In this document: piece after piece, positions 41,560 through 54,429 of the stretch
Numbering within the stretch: position 1 is the first letter of the stretch
Layout: every line of letters starts with the position of its first letter
Assembly: GCA_013239625.1 (NCBI GenBank)
Contig: MU057350.1
Span: forward strand, 34,059,678 to 34,123,677
Length of the DNA: 64,000 bases
Source: Lama guanicoe
Lineage: Eukaryota
Reading direction: 5' to 3'
Notes under the pieces: generated by a model
The model's database searches: none
What the model was told of the DNA's origin: nothing
Seen by the model: only the letters and a program-made list of their open reading frames with translations
Made by a program: the position numbers and the translations under genes

Positions 41560-43760
41560 CCCTCTGGGGATGTCCTACATCCAGTGACCTATCAAATCAG
41601 TATATAAATTCCAAGCCATTTCAGCCAAATATGGACCATTTATTCAGGCTACTTTTAGCTCCAGAGCTCCTGTGGGATCAACTGAAGGGTCATAAAACCC
41701 AGGAGACTGTAGCACTAGGTTTACAAGTGGTAGTGAAAAAAATGATGCCAAGTAGACACTCCAAAGTGCTCCAGTGAGAAAACACAGGATCCTGGGGTTC
41801 TGGAACATGACCAAGTCATCTACAGCAGAGATATTTTTTGTAAGACAGCTCCTGGCATGAGACTGGGCCCTGGTCATGAGGAAGTGCCCAACCACAGAAT
41901 ATCATGGGACCATGCAGCCGCAACTTCCCATCACTGACTGCGGCCTGTCAGACCCACTAAGCATAAGGTTGGTTGAGCTCAGTGACAATTCGTTATGCTT
42001 TGGAAGTAGAGCATATAGGACTGAGTATGAGGTGGCCCAGAGGACACAGCTGTCTTATACTTGCTATATCTAAACAGGTATATCTAAGGAGATATAACAG
42101 ACCCCCATGGCTCTCCTATTTCACTAACACCCTTCCTGTAGTTTACCCCTATACCCAAATATGAGATTTATTACAAATAGTTGAAGAAAGGAGAAAGAAG
42201 CTGAATTTAAACATAAGTCACCTCAATATGTGGGAACAAGCTTAAGTGGGGACTGACTGCTCCAGAGCCTCACTCAAGGGTCGCCTTGAAGGACCATAGA
42301 AGGAAAAACCATCCCAAAAGAGAGCACCTCCAGCAAAGTACTTGACCTTCTACTTTGCATGGAAAAAGATGTAGCCCAAGGTTAGAACACATACGGAATC
42401 ATGGGCAGTAGCAAATGGACAGAAAAGGGAAAAGACTGGAGGATTGAGGGCAAGGAAGCCCTGAGTAGAGGATAGACAGGTAGACATATGGGAGTGGTCA
42501 AAGAGTGAAAAGATCTTCACATCACATTCTAGGGTTCTCCAGAGAACCACCACCATTAACTAAGTAAGACAAACTGACTTTGCCAGTGGATGTCATCTAG
42601 CCCTCATTCATGTACTCATCATGCTAACAGCACTAGGGTGGCCAAGGATACAACAGCCACAGCTGCAGGCATAGTTACTGTCTGTGGCTCAAAAGCAGGG
42701 GATTCCACTTGGCATCTCCTACCCTCTCTGAATATCTAGCTTGCCAATAACAATAGTGGTAGGTCCTGAGCCCCTAATATAGAACATTCCTCATGTTGGC
42801 AAACCTACTGGCCACTTGGTCCCAAGTTGACTTCATTGGGCTTCTGTTATAAGGGCCAGTGTTCAGTTCTAACAGGAAGATTAGACACTCCTGGACACTC
42901 CAATTTAGAGAATTGATCCAGTACGATATCCCACAATAACATCACATCAGACTAAGGCATCCATTTCACAGTGAACAAAGTGCAGGCATGAGCCATGATC
43001 ATGGAATTCACTGACTGCATCACAGGCTACACCACTCATCAGCTGCTGGCTCAGAATGATCCTTCTAACGTGCCTTTTGTCAGGCTGTCTCAGAGGCAAT
43101 GCTCTAAGGATGGGACACCATCCTCCAGGATGAATCATCCATTTTGATTCAAGTACTTTTCTATGGCACTGTCAATAATCAGAGGAATATCTGGAACCAA
43201 TGGGCAGAAGTAGGAAAAAAGCCCCACTTGTTATCACACCCATGAGCCATTTGAGAAATGTTTGCTTTCCATCTATGCAACTTTCAGGACCAGGAGCTCT
43301 AAACTTGCAGGGCCCGGAAGGACAATACTATTCCCAGCAGACATTTTGCTTGGGCTCTTTGTTTCTTGGGATCAGAAAGCAAAAGAATCAATAACTTGTC
43401 CAAGGTATTTGACTGATCAGCAGGGACCATAGGGCCACTGAGCCACAACTGGGGGTGGAATACATGTGGCACACAGATGACCCACATGGGCAATTCTTGG
43501 TACTCCTTCCCCAACTGTGATAAAGAGCAGCAAGCAACGTCAGCATGAGGAGGACATGGCAACCAGGGGCTCTGACCTTTCAGGGATGAGAGTCTACATT
43601 ATGCCACCAGGTAAGCAAACCAGATCAAGCTTCCTAAGGGTGGTGGGGATCAATAGCATGGTGGAGGAGGTAAATGATGGAGTCACCATCATGTGATGAT
43701 GGTTATTGGTAACAATGCTGAGACCAACGAGAACAATTGATACCAGAGGTTATCCCTCTA
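41560..43760 (+). mobile_element. ERVL/MLT-int pol remnant (RT connection, RNase H, integrase)
   Basis: Degenerate LGFW...RQLLA..WALV...TMQPQLPI...LSDPLSHKVG at 41790-41975; A.W.QVDFIG at ~42810; ITSD.G.HFT at ~42940. Confidence 0.75.
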
Positions 43761-43799
43761 ACCCTACTCTTCCCAAATTCCTCCTCACTCAGGAAGACA

Positions 43800-44272
43800 G
43801 GCCTATCTGGATCTTGGAGGAACTATTTCTTGAATGTACATAAAGTAGATCTGATTTGGCCCAAAGCATGGACTGTTAGACAAAGATGCATCTCCAGATC
43901 CCTTTAAGGAAAGTCCTGTCCTGACTTCCGGGAGTGCTTCAGCCCACAAGGACAGTTTCAGGGGCAGGCAGCCATCTCTCCCTAGGTCATGTTCATCTGG
44001 AAACAGCACAAACCCCCCAAACTGGTCAAGGTGGGTATATAAAGCCCTGATTTGGGCCCAACACAGGACAACTCTGATGGGCCGTGTCAACAACCAAGTC
44101 CTCCATAGGGTCAGTCACAGCTGTCAGACAAACTCAGCTTTGCATCTCAAGTTCTTCCTCTACTCAGTCTGCTTCTACCCTGCCCCTTATACAAGTGTGG
44201 ATCTCAAGGACAATCCCTAATGAGCACACTGTATACCACACTCTGTTGTATTGTTTTCTAGAACCTCAACAA
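43800..44272 (+). mobile_element. Probable ERVL LTR (LTR16-like)
   Basis: TATA-like gtatataaagccc and a 3' part gtgtggatctcaag...ccctaatgagc...ttttctagaacctcaac. Confidence 0.45.
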
Positions 44273-44789
44273 GGAGCTGAGAACCATGTTGCATCCTTTG
44301 AAGATATGATCAAGTCATTCCAGAAACAACAGGTCCACCACTTGGAATGACACTCCAGGAGACCTTTACATCTGCCAGGCTATTGAGTCTGCTTCCCTAC
44401 TCTAAGAATGGAAAAATACTTAATATTATGAGGGCACATCAATGTAATTACAACAATAACAATACTTGTATAAACCAAGTATTTCTGGACTATCCCAGAA
44501 AGACACTTGTTGGCCTCAATTTACATGCAACTTGAGTATCATCATGCTTTGCAGTCACTTCAGTGGCCATGGTCCACATGGTCTAGAACATCCATGCAGA
44601 GATTATAGGGCATCTTTCACAAACCTAATTTACACAGATATTCCATGTTTTGGTTATAAGCTCATCATCCCTTAAAAATTACTGCAGATTTCAGTAAAGG
44701 ACATGTTACCTCATTTTTCCTTTAAGAAAAATGTAACCCTTGCCCCATAGAAATGCAAAGTCTTTTTAAAACGAGGGTATCTGTGAGCA

Positions 44790-46800
44790 GCGTGAATCTG
44801 CTCACCATCCATCTCCATTGAGTCTATCTTGGCCAGACCCATCCACAAGTGTAAGGTACATTTCTGGTGCCAGGAATGACCTGCCTGTGACTGGGCGAAC
44901 CTCTCCTTGGCCCCAGTGGCAGTGAGTCTACCCATTTGTACCTAGAATCACTGATCATCTCAATATCAGATCTCTACAGAGATGCCTTGGACTTTATCTG
45001 CCCAGCTTTCTGGGGCTTGTTGGATCAGGCATCAGCATTGGCCCTCAACAGGGCAGAAAGACTCAGCTGTTCCCAGCTGAGCATGGTTCGAACCTCTTGG
45101 AAGTGCTGGAGAAGGCGTTCACCAGGTAGTATGGTCTGGTAGTGAAGTCACGTCCCCCCTCCTCTTGGAGGACTTCACATCCTGGAGAAGACTATGGGAG
45201 GTGTCCCCAGCTATGACTTTACACAGACTCCACGCTCCGTTTGGGGTATTCCCCATGGGATGTAACCAAAAAGGTTTTGGTTAATTCCTGCTGTGCCACC
45301 AGCACATCAGCAGCACTCACTTTTGTTGACTAAAAGATTGAATGTTATGTTGGGACACAGTCACCTTGCATGTGGTCTGTGGTAGCCCTGTGCTTTCTCC
45401 AGCGGTACCTGGAACCATGACACTGACCTTTGCCAAGACAGAAGTGCAGCTAGTGGTTTATAGTGTTTACAATTTGAAGCATCCTGGAGATACTCTTTAC
45501 TAGCTTTCCTAAGCTCTTCATAGAGAAGGTATAGGTCAAGGGCCTGCAGCTGGTTTACCTGGGCACACAGGCTGGTTTACATCCTACATGACCAGTAGAA
45601 TATAAAAGAATCCTCAGTATATCACCTTCCTTAAAACCAAGCTCTTACATATCTGAATGGTTGTTATCTGGAAATGATCCTATGCAATAAAAAATCACCT
45701 AGGAGATTACACCTGAGTGTTCCTTTCCCCCAAAAGTTAGTATTCCTCTTCCTTATGGGGCAGGACAGGCAGGAGGTTCTGGTCATACTAGATGCTCAGT
45801 CATTCATTCAATCTAGGACCTACATTTCATCAAGGGCTGCAGAGAAGAGTGGAGGGAGATGAGCAGAGTCATAGTCCTTTCCACACTGACAACTTTACAT
45901 GTTAACCCTCCCTGCTGGGCCCCCTGCATCTTGGAATGACTCAAGGTTCTTCTGGACACAAACCTGGCCGTGTACTGCGGACCCAGATTATGGAGATTGA
46001 GTGCACAATCTGGGTGACCCATGTAGATGTCCACAGTAAGGACATCTGATGAGTCCAAATTAAGTCACACTGCTGGAGACCAGCTGTTCCCAATGCTCAG
46101 TTGATACCACACAAAGCATTCATTCCAATCAAAAGCTGCATGGTGGAGGTACCCCATCACAGGGATCCCTGAAGTTCCTCCAACCCCATTCCTGGCAAGT
46201 TTATCACTTGGGACTTTCAACGCCCTCTCAGGGCTGTCTGTGGTGCCTTATTGCTGTCAATTTTTAGGTTACCCATCAGCTGACTGGCCATGCCACACAC
46301 TTAGGCTCTCCAGGCTATTTGCACTCTGACAGTGAGGTGTGCTTATGGCAGAGGCTGCTCAAGGAGCTGACAGGTTGAGTCCACTTCCCTCACCCACTCC
46401 TGGTCCACCCGTAACAGTAAGACAATTGGACCTTAGATGCAGCTGTCCTCAGAAAGGAGTTAACCCCTCTTGGCAGCTTGTTGGGCAGTGATCAGGAGGA
46501 AAGGGGAGGCGGCTATGCAGACCTGCGGGGCTGTATGAGCCTACTTTGAGAATTTGGGTTTTCACCCAGAGCATCCCTGAGAATGATACATGTTCATTCG
46601 GCCTACCCTCCAGGTGCACCCAAAGCAGGCCTAGGAGATTCAGACAATGCTGGTTAAGTTTCACAGAAATGCTTTTATTCCTCTTGTACCCAGCCCTCCT
46701 GGACGAAAGGTCTGAGTAGCTTAGGGGGATGATTGGGAAAGAAGGTAAAGTTGCAGCTGCTGGAGTGGAACCCTGATTTTGTGATAGTGGAAGGAAAATA
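44790..46800 (+). mobile_element. Class III (ERVL/HERV-S-like) pro-pol remnant
   Basis: gtgacccatgtagatgtccac (VTHVDVH, compare V.HV.AH), tggcaagtttatcacttggga (WQV.HLG, compare WQVDYIG) and ttgcactctgacagtg (LHSD). Confidence 0.55.
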
Positions 46801-47375
46801 AAAATCCAGACACCCAGGAGGGATCATCTCAGACCCTGCGAGGTGAAGGCAAGGGGCAGCCAGGATCATCTTTCAGAGCTTCACCAGAAACACACAGCAG
46901 GCAGCTCTTCCCAGCTGCTGCGAGCACTGTGAATTTCACCAGCCTGTCATCCCCTAGCAGGAAGCCCTGACTGCGGACAGCAAGGCGCGATCCCAGCTGC
47001 TGAACCTTTCAGGAAAGGGGCACCTTTAGATGCCACTCCCGCCCCCATGTCAGTTCTAGAGGTGGATGAAAACAAGGACTGGAGTCTGTTGCCCCAATGG
47101 GACTCCGGAGCTGACCAGCTGGTGGTCGACCAGCTGGGAGACCAGCTGGGGGACCAGCTGGGTGAAGAGGAAGGCTCTTGCCGCACTTTCTGACTAACGC
47201 ATTTCCCACCTGGGGGCAGGGAGTACACATCTGTAAACAGTGATTGTTTCCAGGGACAACATGCAAGTGCTCAGGATTCAGTTACTTACGTGAGAGGTAG
47301 GTATTAGCTTGCTTCCCTCACGGAAACAGTTTGCCCTAAATATACATATGTATCCCAGCCTCCTAATCTGGGATT

Positions 47376-47532
47376 ATGGGATTAACAGATACCCACTACT
47401 ATATATAAAACAGATAAAACGACAAAGTGCTCCTGTGTAGCACAGAGAACTGTGTTCAATTTCTTATAACGAGCTATAATGGAAAAGAATCTGAAAATAT
47501 ACTTATGCGTGTATATATATATATATATATAT
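47376..47532 (+). mobile_element. L1 3' end (artiodactyl-type) ending in (TA)n at the gap
   Basis: gggattaacagatacccactactatatataaaacagataa...tagcacagagaact...tataatggaaaagaatctgaaaa. Confidence 0.85.
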
Positions 47533-47652
47533 NNNNNNNNNNNNNNNNNNNNNNNNNNNNNNNNNNNNNNNNNNNNNNNNNNNNNNNNNNNNNNNNNNNN
47601 NNNNNNNNNNNNNNNNNNNNNNNNNNNNNNNNNNNNNNNNNNNNNNNNNNNN
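47533..47652. other. Assembly gap (120 N)
   Basis: Run of N. Confidence 1.
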
Positions 47653-48760
47653 GGGTTCTTCTTGCACCTCCTGATTCCCACCTAAGCACAGGAGTGGGAA
47701 TTCCCAAGATCAGAACTGGTGGTTAGAAGCAAATGACTAGAAAAAGTGTGTTTAGGGGACAAGTGAGAAGAGATGTTTGGCCAATGGGACCATCCCTTGT
47801 TCTTTCACTAGATGTAAGCGAAGTGTAAGTTGTACATCCATAAAGTGGGGAGAAGTATGCCCTTTATTCCTTCTTCCTTCCTGGCTGGGGCCTCTATAGT
47901 CTTCTTGGATTATTAAGTGATCTTGGGAATAGAATCCACCCACGGTGAAGCAACAAAATAGGAGCTGGGGTCTCCCTTACTACAGAAGGCTGCGTTATGC
48001 CTTATATTCAAGATTTCATGACTATGAAGTCACTCCCCCTCACTTAAGAAAAAAGTGGCCACTGCACAATCTCATTAGGATTGAGAAAGACTTTCCCATC
48101 CACCCTGAAGATGATGAAAAAACAGGGGAAGATTTCTGGCCATCACTGTGGTGGAGAGGGTTTTCATACCTCTACAGGTAGAACAGATCACCATTTGGAT
48201 GGTACAACTTGATGTACGGTCAAAAGAGGCCTTCCACCTCCGCAAACATTAATAACCTGAACACACAGTTTTTTCAGGGACATCTTACTCCTTGTGGCCA
48301 AATATTGAAAATGGCCAATCTTAAGTCACCAAAATGGAGAGACTGGTGCCTCAAGACATAGTGCATGCTATAAAAAATGGTAGGGTTTGACATGACAAAG
48401 CTTGTTTCAAGGGCATATTAATGTTTAGCTGATAGTGAGATTCTTTAGCTATAAAATGGTCTCAGCTCTAAGTCATAACCACTTGACAGAATAGCTCTTC
48501 CTGGACTTCCACGGACATAAACTTCTCCCCTGGGACTTCACCTTAGCTATGCATCCTGAAGGCTGTGTTTAGTAACCACTAATCCTGCCAGGAGCTTCAG
48601 AGATGGTTTTAGCCCTGAAGTATCGCGACTCACACATGCCTGCTCATCCGCAGAGGTGGCTCAGTGCCCAGGTGGTTCCCAGAGTGCTTGCTCCTTGTGG
48701 GATTGGCATATACAAAGACACACGGGGCTTTCAGGATGTTGGTCAACTAGGGTCCGGGTT
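47653..48760 (+). pseudogene. Possible retroviral env remnant
   Basis: Frameshifted QN-LFLDF (compare LQNRLALDFL, the immunosuppressive domain) at ~48487-48510, then AMHPEGCV and hydrophobic RWFPECLLLVGLAY at ~48670-48711. Confidence 0.35.
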
Positions 48761-49457
48761 CACTGCAACTGATGGGAGACATTTGGAGCCCCGATGAGGT
48801 AACCTCAGTCCCTGTGTCCCATGAAGACCAGATGCAAACAGAGCAGCTTCCCTCTGAAACCTATAGCTCAACCACCCAGATGGCCCTACAGAGAACATGG
48901 CCGCATGCCAGCAGTTGATAACCTAGAATTCCACTAGGCGAAGGAAAGGAAGAGGGAGTCATTTTACACTGAATTCATTTTGCTGACTTCTCTGGATGAC
49001 TTTGGGCTCATATCCACCCACTCTATTGATGCCGGTTGTAAAAAGAGTGCTTAGAAACCTATCACATGGAGTTCCTCACAGGTGGTGCCCACCAGCGCCA
49101 CCTTGTGGGGAATAATTGTTGAGGCAGAGGAGGAGCCAGAGCCATGGGCTAGGATCACATGCTGTCCTTCTTCCTTGAGAACTTCCAGGAAGGCCCAAGG
49201 GAACAGCCAGTGAAGTAATCTTCACCCACTCAGAGAGAAAGATGTCAGAAGTCAGCCTCTTTTGAGTTGGCCAAACCTCATCTTCCTCCCTTTCTGTAGA
49301 GAGGTGCCCTCACATACGGGACAAAAGAACATGTTGTTTTACCAACAGGGAATGTGGTCGTGGAAGACCTTCTCACCTTCCCCAACCATAGCAGTGACCA
49401 GGACCCAGCGTCCTCTGGTTACTAGAATTTGGAAGCTAGAGAATACGTGTGACTAAG

Positions 49458-50310
49458 TGCGGGAGCCCAAGATTGGGTTAACAAATTGTAACAGACCCCA
49501 GCCGCTTGTCTCCTTAAAGAAGAGCAAACGTGCCTCGTAACTGCCTTGCAAGCAGGCGCCTGTGCATCCGCACACCGGTCTCCTTGCCGTAAAAAGCAGA
49601 GACAATGCCTTGCTTGCATAGTTGAGGTCTCAGATAGCACTCTGCCCGTTGCAAAGCAAGGACCCAGGCCTTTGGCTATAAACGCTGGGCGTGCCTGCTG
49701 TTACATAGTCTTCTATCCCCAAAGCAAGGAACTGGCTGGGCTGGTGGTCTGCTTTACCATATCTATAAGGATGTGTGTTGTTCCCCTCTTCCCATGACTT
49801 CCCTAAAGATAAACTGTAGGCCCCCAACTGTGGGAACAAAGGAATGAGCCTTGGGCTAGAGTGGTAAACAAGTCATAAAAAGCTGCAGACTCAGAGGCGA
49901 GAAGGCTGGTTAGCCACTGACGAGTAAGATTCCCAGAGGGGGGCAACCTAAGACAGGCACAGCCGCCTGAGTCCAAGAAAAATGTTAAGCAGCTGCTTCT
50001 CATACGTTCCACCCTGATAAGCTGTAAGGCTCACTGGTGCCAACATGAACATGATTTACCAAAACATAAAGGGTCTTCTGACCTTGAGCCAGACTCTACA
50101 ATCTCGATCCCACCCTGTCTTTCCCTAAATTCCTGCATTCCATCACACAACTGTCAGTGATTCCTCCTTTGACTGTACACAATAAACGTGGGAGCATTTG
50201 AGAGGCTCGTGGAGTTGGCTCCTGACTCCCTCTCGCCTTCTTGACTTTTTCCACAGAGTCTCGACTAATTCATTCCGTCTCGGTGGGACTTCTGCTGGCC
50301 AGAACCCACA
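49458..50310 (+). mobile_element. Young ERV2 (beta-like) solo LTR, 853 bp, 6-bp TSD
   Basis: TGCGGG...CCCACA termini; perfect TSD actaag at 49452-49457 and 50311-50316; AATAAA at ~50181; CpGs retained. Confidence 0.9.
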
Positions 50311-51392
50311 ACTAAGAATAATGTTTTCTGAACTTTGTTGCTCCTCAATTCTTTCCAACAGAAACTCTAAAGACTTGAGACAGATATTAGAGTCATTTAA
50401 GTATAACCATTGCTAGTTATGTAGGAAACAAACTAGCTCATGCACATTAGAGCCTGGCCAGCTCAAGTACATGGTGCGTGACTAAGTAAAAAGCACCTGG
50501 AGAGGTGGTACTATTTAAGACATGAGGACTAACTTTTTTCTTAAACAGTCAAAAATGATTAGCACTCCAAATTTTTAAGATTATTCTTTTAAGACAACAA
50601 AAGAAAAAGCCACGTGGATACTTCAGCCTCTTATCTGGTCAGTACCTATCCCCACTTAAGACAAGCTGCTCTGCTCCCCACAAAACGCTCTTAGGCTTTT
50701 GTGCACACTATGTGCACCCCTGCCCCACAGCCTGCATGATACCTAATATCCTGGAAGAGTTGTGTCAGGTGGACAAGTTGGGCGTGGGCTTTCTTCGAGG
50801 TGGAGGAGCTATCATCTCCTTCCTACAGGCTAGGGCTTTAGCAAAGGCAGCCAGACCCTAAGGGTTCAGTTCACAAAACTTCTAGTCCTTAAAGAATGAG
50901 CAGGCATGTGTGAAATTAGAGGCTCCAGAGAGTGAGCGATGCTGAGATTGCTTCAGGAAAACTTGGAGGGACACAAGAGAGACAAAGATGGTGTATAGGT
51001 GCTGGGGGGGGGGCAACGACCAAGTTTGGAGCTTAATGACCTGAAAAATCTACCTGAAGAAGGCAGAGCCACCTTCTCTTCATTCCTTTTTGTGTAGAAA
51101 TACAACATCTGGGTGTAGCTGCCACCTTCAGGCACAACACTCTCCAGTCTCTTGGCTGCACCTTTCCCAGACCAGACAACAAAGGAAGAATGTCCCAGTT
51201 GGAGAAGGTTCTGTTCTGACACCAGGTTCTTTGGAGAAGAAGGGGATGGATTATGAGCTTCACGTCCAAAGCACCTTCATCAGTGAATCTTTCAGGAAAA
51301 GGTTCTACAGGGTCTCTGGTGCCAAGAACTAAGAGACAACTTGAAACAGTTATCAACCAGGACTGGACGACATGCCACATCATTAAATCCCA

Positions 51393-51933
51393 TGAAAATG
51401 AGCAGAACCTTGTGGGGCCTTCCCGGATAGAAAAGCCCCTCTGTGTCCCCATTTGTAGGAAAAAAGCTCCTTCCCAGACTTCTGAAGAGCAGACTCAAGC
51501 ACTTACTAATCAGAGAAGTGAAAATGTAGCAACAAAGGGAAAGAAGTCAAGTAAGAAATATGACACCTGAAACAACAGTTCCATGACAAATCACAGGACC
51601 CCTAGTTTTTCCTCAAGGGATACATGTAGCAACCTGCTGCACATCTGAGTTGTTCTACAGAAACTAAGACCCCCCACAAGGGGGAAGAAAGTGACCACAT
51701 GCTGATCAGAAGCACATCACCCACTGGCTTCAACCTGTCTGGGAACTAAGATTCCCAAAACAAAGATCTTGCCTGAAAGCACTGGGGAGTTCAGGTCTTT
51801 TGAACATGAGCTGCCCATCCTCCTTGCTTGATGCCCTGCAATAAATGCTGTACTTTGCGTCACCACAGCCCAGCACAAGTAAATTGGCTTTGCTGTGCAT
51901 CGGTTGAGGGGACTAAACTTAGGTTTTGTAACA
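51393..51933 (+). mobile_element. ERV1 solo LTR with 4-bp TSD (ccca)
   Basis: TG...GTAACA termini; ccca on both sides; AATAAA at ~51840; same family style as 37138-37807. Confidence 0.85.
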
Positions 51934-52056
51934 CCCACAGTGACAGAGGCTACATGGTTGTGGCTGAGAGGAGAATGGCTAAGAAAATACACAAAGAGGT
52001 CTGGTATTTCAGGAGAAGCTATAAATTCAGGCTCCAATTCAGAGTCCAGCTCGCTG

Positions 52057-52598
52057 TGTGGTAGGGAAAAACCCTTCCTTTACTTTCGTAGGGTGCTCTG
52101 GTGGGTCAGAGAATTAAACTGACCCAAGATAGATTAACAGAAAGTAAAGATGGAAGTTTAACATATATCCTTCCTGTATACACTGGAGAGACACAAGAAA
52201 ACTCAGTAGCTCACCAAAACGGCTGGAGCCCTCACCTTAAAAGTCATCTTTGGCTAAAGACAAAAGAGGTGTTGGGGGGGGGTGGCAATTTAAGGAGGAA
52301 GAAGGCAATTCATATGGAGATGGAAAAGCAAATGTTTGGTAAACACAAGTTTGCTGGGTCATGCAGAGACAACAGAGTGGGCTCTGATCTCTGGGCCCTG
52401 CGGGTTCCCCCTAACACATCTAGCCCACAGTCTTTTTAAATAACTCTGGTGTAGACTGTCCAGGAACAGGCCCTTCATCTAAATTCTTTAGTCAGCTAAT
52501 GGGGAGGTAAAATAATTAATGAGTCTATTTTAAACAACAACAAGCCTAAAATACATGTCAAAAAGACTATTTTCGGTGGCAAATTTTGTTCCCCTACA
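52057..52598 (-). mobile_element. ERV1 solo LTR, inverted
   Basis: Minus strand begins tgtaggggaacaaaatttgccacc; the + strand shows the antisense LTR 3' end (aattaaactgac...agattaacag). Confidence 0.65.
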
Positions 52599-52767
52599 AC
52601 ACTGATGTACATTTTCCACACTGCCCACATAGAGCAAGCAACAGAGATGATGCCAGTCTCCCAACTACAAGAATTCCACTGCAGTAACAGGAAGCACAGT
52701 TACTATAGGGATGTATTTACCCTCAGGGTTTGACACCTGACCTAAGTAGCGAAGATGCAATACTCAG

Positions 52768-53198
52768 TGTGAAAGGAAAATCAAAATGCGTGGATACTGC
52801 TAAGAGCACCTGAAATCAGACCTGGGGGGCCACGGAGGAATGGGACTCATGCACACCTCAGACCCAGTGGAACCTGAATTCCTGACCATTTGTCTTAATG
52901 CAGGCATCCAAAATATTTACACATGTTCCAGAAACTCAAGGTACTTATCAGACCCTTCCCCTAAACAATTCATGACAGCTTATCTTTTAAGGATAAATAT
53001 TTCCTTTGTGTGTGAGAGTCAATTTTTTGCAAGACAACTCTAACAACCTTTTGGCTTCTGCCTTTATAAGACCAGAGCCTTATACTACCTTTTCCCTGGA
53101 GCACTGAGTTTTACCGGAATCTGTCTGTCAAATTGCAATTCCTGGACCCCAAATAAAGCTTTGTTCTTGGTAGCCTTGAGACTGATTATTCCTGGACA
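52768..53198 (+). mobile_element. ERV1 5' LTR (MER34/MER39-like)
   Basis: tgtgaaaggaaaat...tttataag...ccaaataaagc...gaca, followed by PBS-like tggtgtcaga (tRNA-Leu type) at 53204. Confidence 0.75.
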
Positions 53199-54415
53199 TG
53201 ATATGGTGTCAGAGGCAGAAGCTAAAGTAACGCACCTCTGCCTCCAGCACTGCCACAGACACATGTAAGGTGTCCCTTAAACAGTGTTTCCTTGATGGCT
53301 TTGGATCATAGGAGTAAGTCCTCTTATTTCAAACCTCCCAGCCGGTTTGGCCCTGATTCTCAGTCATTATTCTCCTTACTGGGAAGGGGTGCCGTCCTGC
53401 CGAGGGCTGTTATGGGGGCCTGGCTTCTAAGGGCGCCGCTGATGGGCAGCCATTGCTGACAGCGCTAGCTCGCTTGATATTTAAGACTTACAAGCCCTCT
53501 TCTCAGTTTGTTGAATTGGACTAAAATCACCGGTGATAAATGAAACTCTGTTGGCCCACTTGCGGCTCACTGAAATTCCCAAGTGAGTTTATTTTCATGC
53601 TCAATTGGAGAAAAGCTATAGAGCAAGACAAAGAAGAATGGGAATCATTTCCAACTGGTATTTTGAGGCCTCCAAACACATGACTCCACTATTGCTTCCC
53701 TCAGGAAACCCAACTTGCAATGATCTCAGAGATTTTCCAAATTGGATAAATTCTAAGGCTTCTAAGGGCTTTCTATCCCCCTGGCTCCCTCTGTTCCTTC
53801 CCGTTCCTCTCAGTGATAACCACAAGTCTCTCCTCCTTGCTGTCTCTCTCTCTAAACATCCTTTTATAACACTAAGACTGACCCCCTGCAGAAGTCTAGC
53901 CATACTGCCCTCCTTTAACGACAGCCCCTTTTAAACCATGTCCAGTGAGGGATGGTGCCTATACTCCTGGACTAGGGTAGAATTACATGCACAGTTAAGG
54001 TCTTTCTTAATATTAAAAGAGGATTCCATTGAGTTTGCCAGGCAATTTGATCTCTTCACTGAAACATATAAATCTGAGTACCCAGGTTGATATCATTAGA
54101 CAGAACCTGAAGCACAAGCAGACATACTAGAGTATAGATGAAAGCTACTGGTTGGGAAGATCCTACTGGTGGTTTTTCTAGAGTAGGCACAAGGGGACAA
54201 GCATACATTCAAAAGCTGGTTAATGATCTCCACCAATTCCCATTCTATTTTCTAATTGTGTTGACTGGTGTGTTATTCAACAATGCATCGACAGCCTGAT
54301 AAAAATGTCTGATTATAGCCACTTTGAGAAATACTTTTAAAACTTCTGCCACTAAAGACTTGACAGATGACATGGACAGTTTATTCATTCTAACATTACA
54401 ACAGGATTACACAGT
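53199..54415 (+). mobile_element. ERV1 leader and gag remnant, copy 2
   Basis: Homologous to 21203-22448 (WTK, NWYFEASK, WTRVEL) with the same 3' truncation point. Confidence 0.8.
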
Positions 54416-54429
54416 GAATTCCTATCTTG

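Noticed and set aside
46947-47228. Minus-strand ORF with PSWS repeats resembling keratin-associated protein repeats
   Set aside because: Not Cys-rich and lacks a KRTAP N-terminus; it is explained by a short tandem repeat in ERV-like sequence
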